From the NCBI RefSeq assembly GCF_963921235.1, contig NC_086108.1, positions 32,366,001 to 32,430,000 of the forward strand: a stretch of DNA of 64,000 nt. The letters are read 5' to 3'. This document shows positions 37,986 through 50,625 of this stretch, in pieces (position 1 is the stretch's first letter; each line of letters starts with the position of its first letter). Below the pieces are notes generated by a model, which searched no databases, was not told where the DNA came from, and saw only the letters and a list, made by a program, of their open reading frames with translations. Source of the DNA: Mobula hypostoma. Its lineage: Eukaryota. Made by a program: the position numbers and the translations under genes.

Positions 37986-39749
37986 AAAGCATGTCCCTTT
38001 TTAACTAAGCTTTTTGTTATCTATTTTTGTGTTAAATTTGGTCACTAAGTTGCAATGGGATGTTTTACCAAGTTATTGCATGTTGTTGAATCAAATCCAT
38101 TAAGAAGGTCCAATTAAGTCTGTTACCATTGAATGTATTAATACTATTCGGGTATTTCATTCTGTTGGAAAGTTGTACTAAAAAAAATGGTATTTTTTGG
38201 TTGTTATGAGGGTGTAGAAAGTGGTGAGCTGATGTTGCTGTGGCTTGTATGGTCGTCTCCTATCGTGTATTTCATTAAATAACACAGTTTCTTCATTTGG
38301 TATGAGAACGTTTAGGATTTTTATTAGTCATTAATGCATGTGTTCTCAAATGGAGATTTATATTTTTGAAAAAACAGACCAATTTGGAAGGGTAGTTTAG
38401 TTGTCTGTAGCATCTGTTTTGCCAATATTTATGTCAAAATTATTTTCACAGAAAATTTGGTACTTTAGAACTTGCTGAGGGCAAATTGGTGACAGCATTT
38501 ACCACTTTATAATGGTGACTCTATTTCAGTATTACTTCATTATCTGAGCACTTTGCAATGTCCTGAGGTTGTTAAGAGACAACAAAGTTGTATCTTTTGT
38601 ATTAAGATGATGCTTGTTAAAGTCTAATAGATAATGGGTGAAGAGTAAATGTTAATCTATTATTCTGTTACTAATACATTCAAATGCTGAGGTCATGATT
38701 GAATTACCATCAGACATTTGTCCTCTAAGCCTCTACACCAGTCAAGTTCCAATTTTAACTAAAAGTACAGTATGTCTTAACTTTAATAGATTGTGGACAT
38801 TTTGGCAGCTTTCCTGGCTTTAGACTTCAGTTCATAAAATCCAGCGGCATATTTGATAGGGCAGCTCAATTTGTCATTTTCTTCTACAAGATATTTTCCT
38901 AGATCACTTCTGGGTTTAAATGGTTGTTTTCCATTGTCTTTAATCCCATAGTGACAATGTAAATGGTGTTTATCTTCAAAATGGGAATCTAAAAAAAAGG
39001 TAATGGTATAGAAGGTGGTCATTTGGGTACTTTTCATCCTTGCTAATTCTCCATCTTTTCAATAGACACTTGCAAAATTTTCTATAGTGAAATCCTGACC
39101 CAATTTTCTCATCAAAGGGTATGACTGAACCCGTGTCCATCGCCCTATTGGTAATGCATTCCAGATACTAGTCACTGTTGCATCTTTAATCCTTTTGCTG
39201 GTTACTGTAAACTTGTGCTTTGGTTTTTAATCCTTTATCAATAGGGCTGTTACCATCTACTCAATCACGTTTCCTCCTGTCCTACACTTTGGATTGGATA
39301 TCTCTTTGATATCTCACCTTCTCTGCTCTGAAACCCATCTCCCGTTTTCTGGCATTTCCCTTAATGTTAAGTTCCTAATCTCTGGAGCCATTTCAATAAT
39401 TTTTTCTGCAAAATCATCAAATGGTGGATGCTGAAAATCTGAAATAAAAATGAAAAATACTGGAAATTCTCAGCAGGTCATGTTTCCAAATTTGCTTTGA
39501 CACAATTGAGAGGTTGTGAGTAGGGGGGAGGAGGAGGAGCAGGAGAAAGTGAAGAGGTTTCAAGTGATAAGAGACAGAGAGTGGACCTGTATGTGGTGTA
39601 CTGTTTATTTTAAAAGTTATCTACTTTACGTACAAAGCATAAAAAGTGTATTTAGATGGTGAGATTTAGATGAATTTATGCTAATTCTGGATTTGTCCCA
39701 TTGTATTCTTCCCTAGAAATGTTACTCACCTATACAGCAGGGGCAATTA

Positions 39750-39975
39750 AATGCAAGGGGGGCAAAAATAAAATGTAGTGAGGTAGTGTTCATGGGTTCA
39801 ATGTGTATTTAGGAATTGCATGGCAGAGGGGAAGAAGCTGATTCTGAATGGCTGAGTGCCCTCAGGCTTCCTGATCATAGCAGTGAGAAGAGGGCATGTC
39901 CTGGGTGATGGCGGGGGGGGGGGGGGTCCCTTAATAATGGATGCAGCCTTTCTGAGGCACCGCTCCTTGAAGATG
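39750..39975 (-). mobile_element. Rex-type LINE 3' fragment
   Basis: Collinear with 46360-46560 (GAGGTAGTGTTCATGGGTTCAATG...GAGGGGAAGAAGCTG). Confidence 0.7.
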
Positions 39976-42900
39976 GGGCCTCTATGAGAGAGTACCTGAT
40001 ATATTGTGTACAGTTTTAATCACCTTGTGTTTTTATGTAAAAGTGATTTACTTGGCACAAAACAAATGCAGCAAACATTACCAAGATGAGTCCCAGAGAG
40101 GATTTGCCATATCAGGAGTAATTAAGTAGATTAGCCCTGTTGTCTTTAAAGTCTGGAAGAATAAAAAGTGGTGTGATTGCAACTTGCAACATTAACACAG
40201 ACAAAATAAGTTGGATAAAATTTTTTTTAAGGTGATGAATCTTTTTAATTTTCTACTCACAAAGAGTGGCGACTTGGTCATCAAGTCTCTGGATGTTAAA
40301 GGAATTGTGGAATACAGAGGTAGTGAAAGGAAATGTCACTGAGATAAAAGATCAACCATGATTATGATGAATTGCCAAACAAGGTCCTGTTGGTTGTGTT
40401 CTCATGTGATGCAGCATCTGTGGAAAGCAAATCGTTGATATTTCAGATCCGCATCATTCACCAGAGTAGGGAAAATCTTACATTTCCCACTTCGGTTAAA
40501 AGTCAAAATTATTTTTTTTTCTCCATTCTCTCCAAGCTCTTCATATCCTTCCTAAAATGTGACCATAATTGGAAAGTTATTCAGAAGTGCCTAAACCAGT
40601 ATTTTTTTTAAAAAGGTTTTTAAGTCTCCTGTGATGCTGTACTCATTATGAAGCCTGGGATCTCATGCTTGTAATCCTGCCCAAGGAGGGTTTATGCACA
40701 TGTGCATTGAGGTCCCTTTCATCCTGCATCTGGCTATACCTCTCTGTTCTTTCTACCTGCCAAAGTTCATCATTTTGTACAATTCTGGATTAAGTTTTAT
40801 TTATTACATGTCTATTACATTCCTCCTCACTGAAAACTTAAAAAAAAAACTGCAGATGCTGTAAATCTGAAATTAGAAAAACAAAATGCCGAAAAGACCC
40901 AGCAGGTCAGGCAGCATCTGTGGAAAGTAAAACAGTTTAATATTTTGGTCCACAATCAACCTATGAAGAGTCTTTGATCTCAAATGCTAACTGTTTCTCT
41001 CTGTTTAATGTTTCCAGCATTTTCTGTTTTTGTTTCACTTTGCTGTTAACTGTTGAATGTATTTGCATGCTTTGTTTCTTTGAAGTATTACCTAAATGCA
41101 CAAATCTGAACAATATGGAATGCAGCATGCACTGGCCACTGTTACTAACTAGTGGGAATACCACTGCCTGTCTTCTACTATATAGAAATATTATTTACCT
41201 GGATTCCCTTTAGTGTTTATTTATACATGTTGCCAATGTCCCTTTAATTCCGTGTTTCAAATTTGCTGTCAAACACATTATGTAGAAATTATTATTTTCC
41301 TATTTTGAAGTCCTTGTGCAGCATTGACTTCATCAAAAGGTTGCCTAGTGGTTTTTCCCCTTGTAAGTCAATGCCATATCTATTTACTGATCAATATGCA
41401 TCCAACTAACTTAGATTAAAAGTTCCCCACTACTGATGTTAAAGATACAATATGGTGTGCACACAGGGTGGGACTGATGCAGCTTTTGGGCTAGATAGGA
41501 GAAGAAACAAATTCAAAATGAATCTCTGGAAGTGCATCAGGATACGTTGTTCAAGCTAAGGCTTTCAAGGGACATGAAAGATGGATATTATTCAAATTAG
41601 ATGTCAATGTTAAGGTGCACAATTAATGTGAAAGCAAATTAGTGTTTTAATGCATTTATTAAGCATGTTGGAGGTAAGAGTAAAAACTGCTTAAAAATAA
41701 GGTTTTTTAATCTTGCCTCTGTCTGTATTGAACTTGACCTGCATGGAGCACAAACAAATATTTTGAGAGAAATATTACAGCCTCCATTTCATGACCCATA
41801 CAGATCATGATCTGTGGCTCTTTGTAGCTGGGGGGTGGGGGGGGGGGGAACAGACATAGACTGCCTAAATTGCACCATAGCCAAAAGGCAGTTTCTCATT
41901 CCAGGACAGTGATGGAGCTGTGTATGGAACTAAGATTAGAATAATTGAGAGAATGCTGGGGAGGGGGAGAAAAGGCATGTCAGAGTGCACTCGACAAGTA
42001 TGTATGTGATCCTTAAGTCAACTAAATTAACTGAAATTACTTGAATCTAGATGAATTAAAGTGGTGGACATGTGGCTACATAAGAATTATATTCTTTAGA
42101 AATGAAAGTTTTATAAAGAATTTGTCAAAAATATTGATAGGTTTAGCTTAAACAGCTGATCTGCATAGCTGAACAATTTTGTTACTCAAATGGAAGTTTG
42201 GGTTTATTTTAGAGAAGACTTTGAGTGGGTGACAGGTCTCCCGAAGGCAGTGTGTTGGGAGTTGGGATGAGTTGATCTCGGGATCATAAGACCACTATGC
42301 AAAGTCCCGTGACTAGTATGCCTTGTATTAAACCAGTAGTCTAGGCCCTGCTTCATGGATTATTGAAAAACTCAGTACTACCTTTGGTTACAAGGATGAT
42401 CCTGGCCATCCTGGTTGATAGATTGAAAACATTGGAGTTGGTAGAAGTTGGAATTGGAGGGGCATCAACCTGTAGTTTCTAGGTTGAAGCTGATTACAAC
42501 AGGAATATGTGGCAAAACTTGTGGATGGATTTCAATGCAATTAGATTTTTTATTTTATATTAGAAGATATAATCTTGTAACATTTTTATTTATCCATCCA
42601 AAAATATTGTTATTTTGTCATTAGTAGTGAGATTTACAATTGTAGTTCAAGGGGAATTTAACCCTATCATGAATATATTTCTATCAGGCCCAATTCATAT
42701 GTGCTTGTTTCAGGATATAATATTACGTATGTGTAGGTGATTTGGAATCAGATACAAGTGTAAGGAGCTTAGGAGGAATGGGTTGAATTTTAGTTCCCAA
42801 AATGATCCACCTCTTGGGTTTGATCTCCATTGGTTTCCTGGTCTGTTTAAAAAAAATTGATCATAATTTGTCAGCAGCTCAATTATTTTACTATTATGTG

Positions 42901-43216
42901 ACCAACAGGGAAGCACAAAGTGAACTTGACAGATCTCGGGTCCTTCTTCGTCAAGAACTCCATTAGGTACAGAACCACAGGTGAAGTGAGTGAGGATTGG
43001 TAAATACTAGAAAGTTAGTAAAGCCAAAAAGAGCAGCTCCAAGGGATGGTGGTCTTGATGTGGCAGTTTCTGCAAAATATAACCCCCTCACTCATTCATT
43101 TCACACTTATTTAAACAAAATTAATAACAAGAATTTGTCTATTAAAAAAAGTCTATATTCTTAAGTTGCTTGCTGTATTCCTTCTGCTGCTCAGAATGTT
43201 GTTCCTTACATTAGAG

Positions 43217-43308
43217 CAGGGGTTCCCAACCTGGGGTCCATGGACCTCTCTGTTAACAGTAGGGGTGCATGGCATTTTTTTTTTTAAAAAGAGGTTGGGA
43301 ACCCCTTG
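43217..43308 (+). mobile_element. 92-bp hAT-type MITE
   Basis: TIRs CAGGGGTTCCCAACCT / AGGTTGGGAACCCCTTG. Perfect 8-bp TSD CATTAGAG at 43209-43216 and 43309-43316. Confidence 0.92.
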
Positions 43309-44061
43309 CATTAGAGGAAACAAAATGCACTTCGTTGAACATATAATTCATTCCACAAAAATGACCCTGAGCTTCCAATCATCTATCACTTGTATTCTCC
43401 ATCTCATTCCTATTATGATCACAGCCTCCTATATTACTTGAACAATGCCCAGTGTAGTAATAGGAATATATAAGAATATTGGGTTTAACAGTTTATGATA
43501 ACCACCACTTCTTCCTCCTCCTCCCCCACCCCCAGATGTATCTTTCTGTTTTTTTAATCTTTTTTCAATCTTTGTTGTCATCTAATTTCACTTGTCAATC
43601 TAATTGGTAATTAATTTAAACTGGATAATTTTGCAATAGTATGGCAATAGATATCAAGTTTTCGGCTGACTTTTTCCACCAATACTGATAATTATCACTT
43701 AACTTGAATGAGTGCTTTCAGTTGCCTTAATTTCCTCCCCCTTCCCCCCTGTTTTTCTTTCCTGACTCATGAAGGGGGGTATGTGATTCTTTTCAACTAT
43801 ACCAACTCAAACTATGAATACATGGATAGATTCTTGTGAAAGGGGCCACAGAAACAAGGAAAAGAGCTATTATCCCTTTGATTTGTGGGAGCTCTGATTT
43901 CAAAAGCTAAAGCTCTTAAATTGTAGGTATAAATTACAGCAATGATTCAAAGATATTTTTATTGTATGCTTTAATTAGGTGGTTGAGTCCTTTCCAAAGA
44001 TTTTCTTTTGATATTGTTAGAGTATATATAAAAGTCACCTTTGATGTAATTACAATGGTAT

Positions 44062-44435
44062 ATATAGAAACATAGAAAATAGGTGCAGGAGTAGGCCATT
44101 CGGCCCTTCGAGCCTGCACCGCCATTCAGTATGATCATGGCTGATCATCCAACTCAGAACCCTGTACCAACCTTCCCTCCATACCCCCTGATCCCTTTAG
44201 CCACAGGGGCCATATCTAACTCCCTCTTAAATATAGCCAATGAACTGGCCTCAACTGTTTTCTGTGGCAGAGAATTCCACAGATTCACCACTCTGTGTGA
44301 AGAAGCTTTTCCTCATCTCGGTCCTAAAAGGCTTCCTCTTTATCCTCAGACTGTGACCCCGCATTCTGGACTTCCCCAACATCGGAAACAATCTTCCTGC
44401 ATCTAGCCTGTCCAATCCCTTTAGGATTTTATACG
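44062..44435 (-). mobile_element. CR1 LINE 3' end
   Basis: ATAGAAACATAGAAA tail. YKILKGLDRLDAGRLFPM...RGHSLRI. Similar to 29700-30070. Imperfect flank repeat TACA(A/T)TGGTAT. Confidence 0.88.
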
Positions 44436-44689
44436 TACATTGGTATTTCTTAAGCTGCAAGACTACAATTTGCTGAAATATTTTAACATTTTAATAGGCA
44501 GCAACATTTGGCATTGCAGAGAGAACAGGGAAATTAGTATGTTGATGTACAATTTATGGTGCTCTGTTTAGCAGCATTTTAGGAGTATCTAGCTTGTAAC
44601 CTCCCTGTGATTTTCATGAGCCCTATATTTGCATATAAAATTGTGACTAGAAGTAGAGTGTATTTTTGGCACCATTCCTGTAAAATGCT

Positions 44690-45800
44690 GGCTGTATAAA
44701 CTGACACTGGAATGTGCTGCTTGCCTCTCAGCCAAAGAACATGAAAGAAAGCTACAAAAGCACCTGTAGCTGAAGATCTCTCCACACCTGAGCCACCCCA
44801 GTGGCAAAGAAGGTCCAATTAAGTGCCCCCTTGGACACCTAATCCATTCATCAAGAAAAATGAAGATCAGCTGGCCCAGATCATCAGACAATGTATTTTG
44901 GAAGCAATTCAATGACTATCTGGATTGTATCTTGGATGCTACATTGGCAGGACCTGTCTGCAGGAAAATCGACTCCTTCACAGCCATTGTCTTCAACTTT
45001 GCTAAAGAGTGATTTGGCCCAATGGAGATGAAAGGGGATCTTAAGCCATCACGGCAACCAAGCAGGAGGGAAAGGGCGACTCGCCACCTGAGAAGTGCGA
45101 TAAAGACCCTGAACCAACAACTCAAAACAGCTCACCTGATGAAGAAAGTGTCAAAAATCTAACCAGCAAAATGCTGGAGTGACTGTACTCGAGAGAAGGC
45201 TGACCTCTTACTTAATGGAGAACTACTTGTATCAACACATCCATCCAGAAAGGTGGCATCCTGGGTTTTTCTGGGTGCCTTGAACACACCTCAATAATCA
45301 GCCAATTGATCTGCGAGACCAAGCAGAAGAAAGACAACCTAACATTCATCTGGTTAGACCTAGCCAATGCCTACAGATCAATTCCACACATCCTCATCCA
45401 GGTTGGCCTGGACCACTACCATTTCCTGCCACTAACACAAGACATGATCACCACCTACCCAGGAGGATTCAAGCTATGCTTCACTTCAGTCCACTTTACA
45501 ACCAGGTGGCAAGACCACCAAGAAAGGATTCCAACTTGTTGTACCATCTCCTCCATCTAATTTGTCATGGTTTGAACCCCCTTCATCAGCAGGGAGCAGA
45601 TGTAACCTGAGGCTCAGTGTTGGAGCCCAGCATCTGACAACCTGCAATATGGGGTCGTGGATGACATCCCAGTAACCACTGTAACCCATGTCCAAGCAGG
45701 ATGGGTATTGGAAACCCTGGACAACGAAGCTACCTGGGCTAGGACCATCTGATGACCTCTGCCCCTGACCAGAGGTTACAGTTACCTTGGGTAACTGAAG
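44690..45800 (+). mobile_element. Hero/NeSL-like (RLE-type) non-LTR retrotransposon fragment
   Basis: QKGGILGFSGCLEHTSIISQLICETKQKKDNLTFIWLDLANAYRSIPH at ~45246-45390; upstream KISWP...ILDATLAG...KE*FG segment. Clade assigned from remembered motifs. Confidence 0.7.
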
Positions 45801-46167
45801 AGAACGCCCTGGTGCATGATGCAAGCGATTAATAGAATAGGTGCCACTTTACCTATGTGATTTTTTTTAATTGCCAGAAAATAGACAATTAAAGCAGTGG
45901 AATCTTACTACTTCAAATAGAGCATCATTGTTTGAGATTTTGAAAAACAATGCTTTTTAAAATTGCATTTCATTATAATTTATTTCCTTTTTTGGCTCAG
46001 ATTTAATGTTAAAATTATTCAAATCTTCCTTCCTTGTCATTTCCTCTGCTGCTGCTTTCTCTAGTCCTTTATCTCATTGCTATGTTCCCTACTTACCGAA
46101 TTTCCAGTGTTGCTATTGGCATACCATTGTCAATTCATTCGTAAAACTCTTAACCAAAGACTTCGGT

Positions 46168-47052
46168 ATCAGAATCAGGTTTATTATCACAGGCATGTGT
46201 TGTGAATATTGTTTAATTTAGCAGCAGCAGCAGCAGTTCAATGCAATACATAATATAGAAGGGGGGGGAAGTAAAAAATAAGTAACTATATCAATTACAG
46301 TATATGTATATTGAATTGATTAAAAATCGTGCAAAAACAGGAATAATATATGTTAAAGAAATGAGGTAGTGTTCATGGGTTCAATGTCCATTTAGGAATC
46401 GGATGGTAGAGGGGAAGAAGCTGTTCCTGGATCGCTGAGTGAGTGCCTTCAGGCTTCTGTACCTTCTTCCTGATGGTAGCAATGAGAAAAGGGCATGCCC
46501 TGGGTGCTGGAGGTCCTTAATAATGGACTCTGCCTTTCTGAGACACCACTCCCTGAAGATGTGCTGGGTCCTTTGTAGGCTAGTACCCAAGATGGAGCCG
46601 ACTAAATTTATAATCTGCAGCTTCTTTCAGTCCTGTGCAGCAGGACCCCCCCACCTCCCTGCCAAATACCAGACAGTGAAGCAGCCTGTCAGAATGCTTT
46701 CCACGGTACACCTATAGAAGATTTTGAGTGTTTTTGTTGACATCCAAATCTCTTCAAACCCCTAATGAAGTATAGTGACTGCCTTGCCTTTTTTAATATA
46801 GCTGTGTCGATATGTTGGGACCAGGTTAGGTCCTCTGAGATCTCGATACCTAGGAACTTGACACTGCTCACTCTCTCTACTTCTGATCCCTCTGAAGATT
46901 GGTATGTGTTCCTTCGTCTTACTTTTCCTGAAGTCCAAGTCAGCTCTTTTGTCTTACTGACGTTGAGTGCAAGTTTGTTGCTGCGACTCCACTCCACTAG
47001 TTGGTATATCTTGTCTCTGTACGCCCTCTCCTCCATCTGAGATTCTACCTAC
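46168..47052 (-). mobile_element. Rex-type LINE 3' portion
   Basis: [11 protein letters not shown]...KFLGIEISEDLTWSQH (46689-47036) and LLPSGRRYRSLK...NSFFP (46381-46590). ATCAGAATCAG tail. Confidence 0.88.
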
Positions 47053-47360
47053 TTTAGGAACAATTAAGCCTAACAACCTAGGACAGTTATGATACTCCTT
47101 TCTAAGAAATACCAATTATAGGAATCTGAATTTAATGATTTGACAGACTTGTGTTATTGAGATGAAGGAATAATGTAAAACTTAGAGTTAAGTTAGGTTC
47201 AGTATGATCAACTTTGATTTCTACATGCAACCACCGAAAGCCCTTCCAGGTGAGAAAATCAATTTTGCTATAATCATCAAGCTACTGAAAAGGCATAGTT
47301 GACCATATGTGATGGAGCAATTCACTGAATTATCCTGAGGATTTCCAATTCATGGCCCAT

Positions 47361-48202
47361 TGTGACGAGAATACACATAGATAAATGTTAGCTGTCCTGT
47401 GTGATCAGCAGTTGGTCTGCCACCTGTCTTCAAGAGAGAGATAAGGAACACAATGAAACAGCATCTGGAGAAGTGTAATGAAGGGACGGAAGAGAGAGAG
47501 CTGTCTGGAGCGGCTCCCCCTTTGAACCCTGAACTGTTTAGTGATGGACAGGCGATACCCCAGCAGGGGGATAAAAAGGGACAGATTCGCTAAGGCAGCA
47601 CACACGACACCCGAGGTAACGAGACCCTGGAAGCAGTGCGCCTCTCACGAGTCGGTGGGAAGTATCGGACAACGCACAGGGTGGAAAGGTACGATCAGCG
47701 GGAACCCGGTGTGTGTCCGCCCTTGCTTGGGTGCCGGGTTCACTGCAGAGGATCGACCGCATCTGGAGGAGGGGTCACAGTCGGTGACCTTAGGTGACAT
47801 CACCAAGGACCTGCCCGAAAGCTGCTTGTGAGCAATATCGCCGGTCTGTGAGTGGAAGCCGTGTCTGAATGATCAGTCGTTCCCGTTCTCTCTCTCTCCC
47901 TCCCCCCACGTTGTCCATCGCCATGGCAACGATTACTGCGAACTGAACTAAATTGGACTGAACTTTTGTGTCACTTTGAAATTTGGTCATTTACCCCTAG
48001 ACAACGATAGAGCTTGATTGATGCTGTTATCTTAATTCTGTGCACATGTGTGTTTATCATTGCTGAACTGTTGCATTTATTATCCTTTCGATTACTGTGT
48101 TGCTTGTTTCTTTAATAAAGCTTTCTTAGTTCTAGTAATCCAGACTCCAACTGAGTGATCCATTTCTGCTGGTTTGGCAACCCAGTTACGGGGTATGTAA
48201 CA
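47361..48202 (+). mobile_element. Solo LTR (842 bp; Gypsy or ERV type)
   Basis: TGTGAC...GTAACA termini. 4-bp TSD CCAT at 47357-47360 and 48203-48206. TATA-like GATAAAAAG at ~47570, AATAAA at 48114. CpG-rich, no coding motifs. Confidence 0.85.
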
Positions 48203-48233
48203 CCATTTAATAAGCATCACTTTTATTTTGCAG

Positions 48234-48280
48234 CGGAACCTGTTAGAAGATGACTCTGACGAGGAAGAAGACTTTTTCCT
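48234..48280 (+). CDS. VAMP4: VAMP4 second coding exon (47 nt)
   Basis: TTTTGCAG|CGG...CT|GTGAGT. Encodes RNLLEDDSDEEEDFF(L), which completes the ERRNLL dileucine motif and carries the acidic cluster with Ser30. Absent from the ORF track. Confidence 0.97.
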
Positions 48281-48408
48281 GTGAGTTTGAATTTTTATTT
48301 CATTGTTATAAATTTGAAGTCTGTAGTCCAATTAATTTTTGACTTTGGTGCTTTACATAGTCTGAAAGAGCAGCCCATTTTAAGAACTCACTCTGATATA
48401 GTTTAATC

Positions 48409-48480
48409 TAGGTGTTCGCAACCTGGGGTCCTTGTTTAATGGTATTTGTCCATGGCATAAAAAACCTTTGGGAATCCGTG
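48409..48480 (+). mobile_element. Degenerate copy of the short hAT-type MITE
   Basis: TAGGTGTTCGCAACCTGGGGTCC...CCATGGCATAAAAAA...TTGGGAATCCGTG resembles 43217-43308. Confidence 0.65.
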
Positions 48481-48519
48481 GCTTAAGCCAAATCATGAAT
48501 TAGTTATTGAAACCATAAC

Positions 48520-49440
48520 TTAGATTAATCATGGCTTGGCTTCGCGAACAAAGATTTAGGAAGGGGGCTGCTCACATCTGCTGCAGGCTTGCTGGTGGCT
48601 GACGAGGCCAATATGGGACAGGCAGGCTCGGCCACAGCGGCTGCAAGGGAAATTCTGTTCTGGGTTTGGTGCTGCTGTGTCACAGTTCTTCCTCCTTCTC
48701 CTTTTGTCCTCAATGCCAACCCTGCGTGCGTTCTCGAAGGAGGAGACAGACTGGTGAATGGTGTGTCGCCAGGCCTCATGGTCGGAGGCTAGATTAGACC
48801 ACTGGTGATGGACAGGCACCAAGGGGTTTCTTCAGAGAGTCCTTGAACCTCTTCTTTGGTGCCCCTCTGTCACGGTGGCCAGTGGAGAATTTGCCATACA
48901 GCACAATCTTGGGCAGGCAATGATCCTCTATCCTGGAGACGTGCCCTGCCCAGCGCAGCTGCGTCTTCAACAGTATGGCCTCGATGCTGGTGACCTCCGC
49001 CTGTTCGAGGACGTCGATGTTGGTGACAAAGTCACTCCAGTGGATGTTGAGGATGGTGTGGAGGCAGCGCTGGTGGAAATGCTCAAGGAGTCGTAGGTGG
49101 TGACAGTAGGTAACCCACGACTCAGAGCTGTACAGGAGGGTGGTCAGTACAACGGCTCTGTACACGCTGATCTTTGTGCCTTTCTCCAGATGCTTGTTGT
49201 TCCAGACTCTTTTGTACAGCCTGCCGAATGCGCTGTTTGCCTTTGCCAGTCTGTTGTCAATCTCTTCGTCTATCTTGGCATCTGACAAGATGGTGCACCC
49301 CAGGTAGCTGAACTGGTGGACTGTATTCAGCTCTACCTCACCGATAGTGATGATCTTCCCGAGGTGCGGGCTGATGGAGAACTTCTGTTTTCAAGCTGAC
49401 TTCCAGTCCGAAGAGCTCAGCAGCCTCTGCAAAGCTGCCG
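48520..49440 (-). mobile_element. RTE-clade LINE 3' portion with C-terminal C2H2 finger
   Basis: ORF 48794-49288 (NRLAKANSAFGRL...LLYSSESW...LRWAGHVSR...LPKIVLYG) and 48556-48822 (CSRCGRACLSHIGLVSHQQAC). Confidence 0.9.
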
Positions 49441-49624
49441 AGCTCTTAATTTAAAAAGGTGAAACACGCATCAGTTCTCCTTTCTCACTTCCACTATTCC
49501 CCTCTCCCCATCCCCTTGGATACCAAGGACTATATGCGGTAGAATGAAACAAAAAAAAAGGATAATGGGAGCTCCACAGTCCAGTCAGCACTGAAGATTT
49601 AAATGGAATGTACTGCAACTATCT

Positions 49625-50175
49625 AGTCAAATCAAAGTTTATTATCATATTCACAGATGCAATTAAATGTTTGCTTGCAGCAGCATTACAGTCACATAGC
49701 ATTTGAGAGACAACATTCACAACAAAAACATAATTTAAACATAAATTATACAAGGAAGAACATAATTAGAACAAAATAACGAATATAAATCCATCGTGGT
49801 CATAGCATTTTGATGTTGAAGTAGTAATTAGGGTTGTGCAAATTGGTTCAACAACCAAATGATTGAAGGGATGTACTTGTTCTTGAACCTGGTGACATGG
49901 ACTTCAGGCTTCTGCACCTCCTGCCTGATAGAAACTGAGAAGTTGGCATCACACTATTCCGGCTATCTTGAGGCAATGCCTGTTGGAGATACTTTTGTTG
50001 GTGGAGAGGAACATACCTGTGATGTACTGTCTGAATCCACTACTCTCTGCAACTTGTGTTCCTGTGCATTTGAATTGCTGTACCAGTTTATGAAACAACC
50101 AGTAAATATACTTTCCATAGTATATCTGTAGAACTTTATTTGAGTATTTGGTGATGTGGAAAACCTCTTCAACCT
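49625..50175 (-). mobile_element. Old Rex-type LINE 3' fragment
   Basis: FYRYTMESIFTGCFINWY...LQRVVD (ORF 49963-50172). TCAAATCAAAGTTTATT tail. Confidence 0.7.
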
Positions 50176-50324
50176 ATAATTTTCTGGAAGCTGCCAGAGT
50201 CATTCTCAGTTTCTAATCCAAAAATCATACCTGTATTGGTTTGAATTATCACAACCTACCTTTTCGGTTGTACTATTTCACCGTCAAGACCAAGTAATGT
50301 TTGATGTCTAGCTATTTGCATTAA

Positions 50325-50625
50325 TCCCAACTTTTGCCATCTTTAACAGGATCCTACCACCGAGCACATGTTTACCTGCCCCTCCCCATTCTCAGCTTTC
50401 TGCAGCGATGACTCTGTAGTTAGCTTGACCATTTGTCCCTCTCCATTATTCTCCTTCCTGGCACTCTTTTCTTTCTTCAGCCCTTTACAGTTTCCACCTG
50501 TCATCTTCTAGCTTCCCCTCTATCCTTCTATCCCTTCCCTTCCAGTCCTGATGAAGGTTCTTGGCCTGAAACTGTCCAGCATTTTGTGTGTTGCTCTGGA
50601 TTTCCAGCATCTGCAGAATCACTTG
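50325..50625 (+). mobile_element. Penelope-like fragment with truncated hammerhead motif
   Basis: CAGTCCTGATGAAGGTTCTTGGCCTGAAAC at 50543-50572, then a deletion. Same 3' end GATTTCCAGCATCTGCAGAAT as other copies. Confidence 0.65.
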
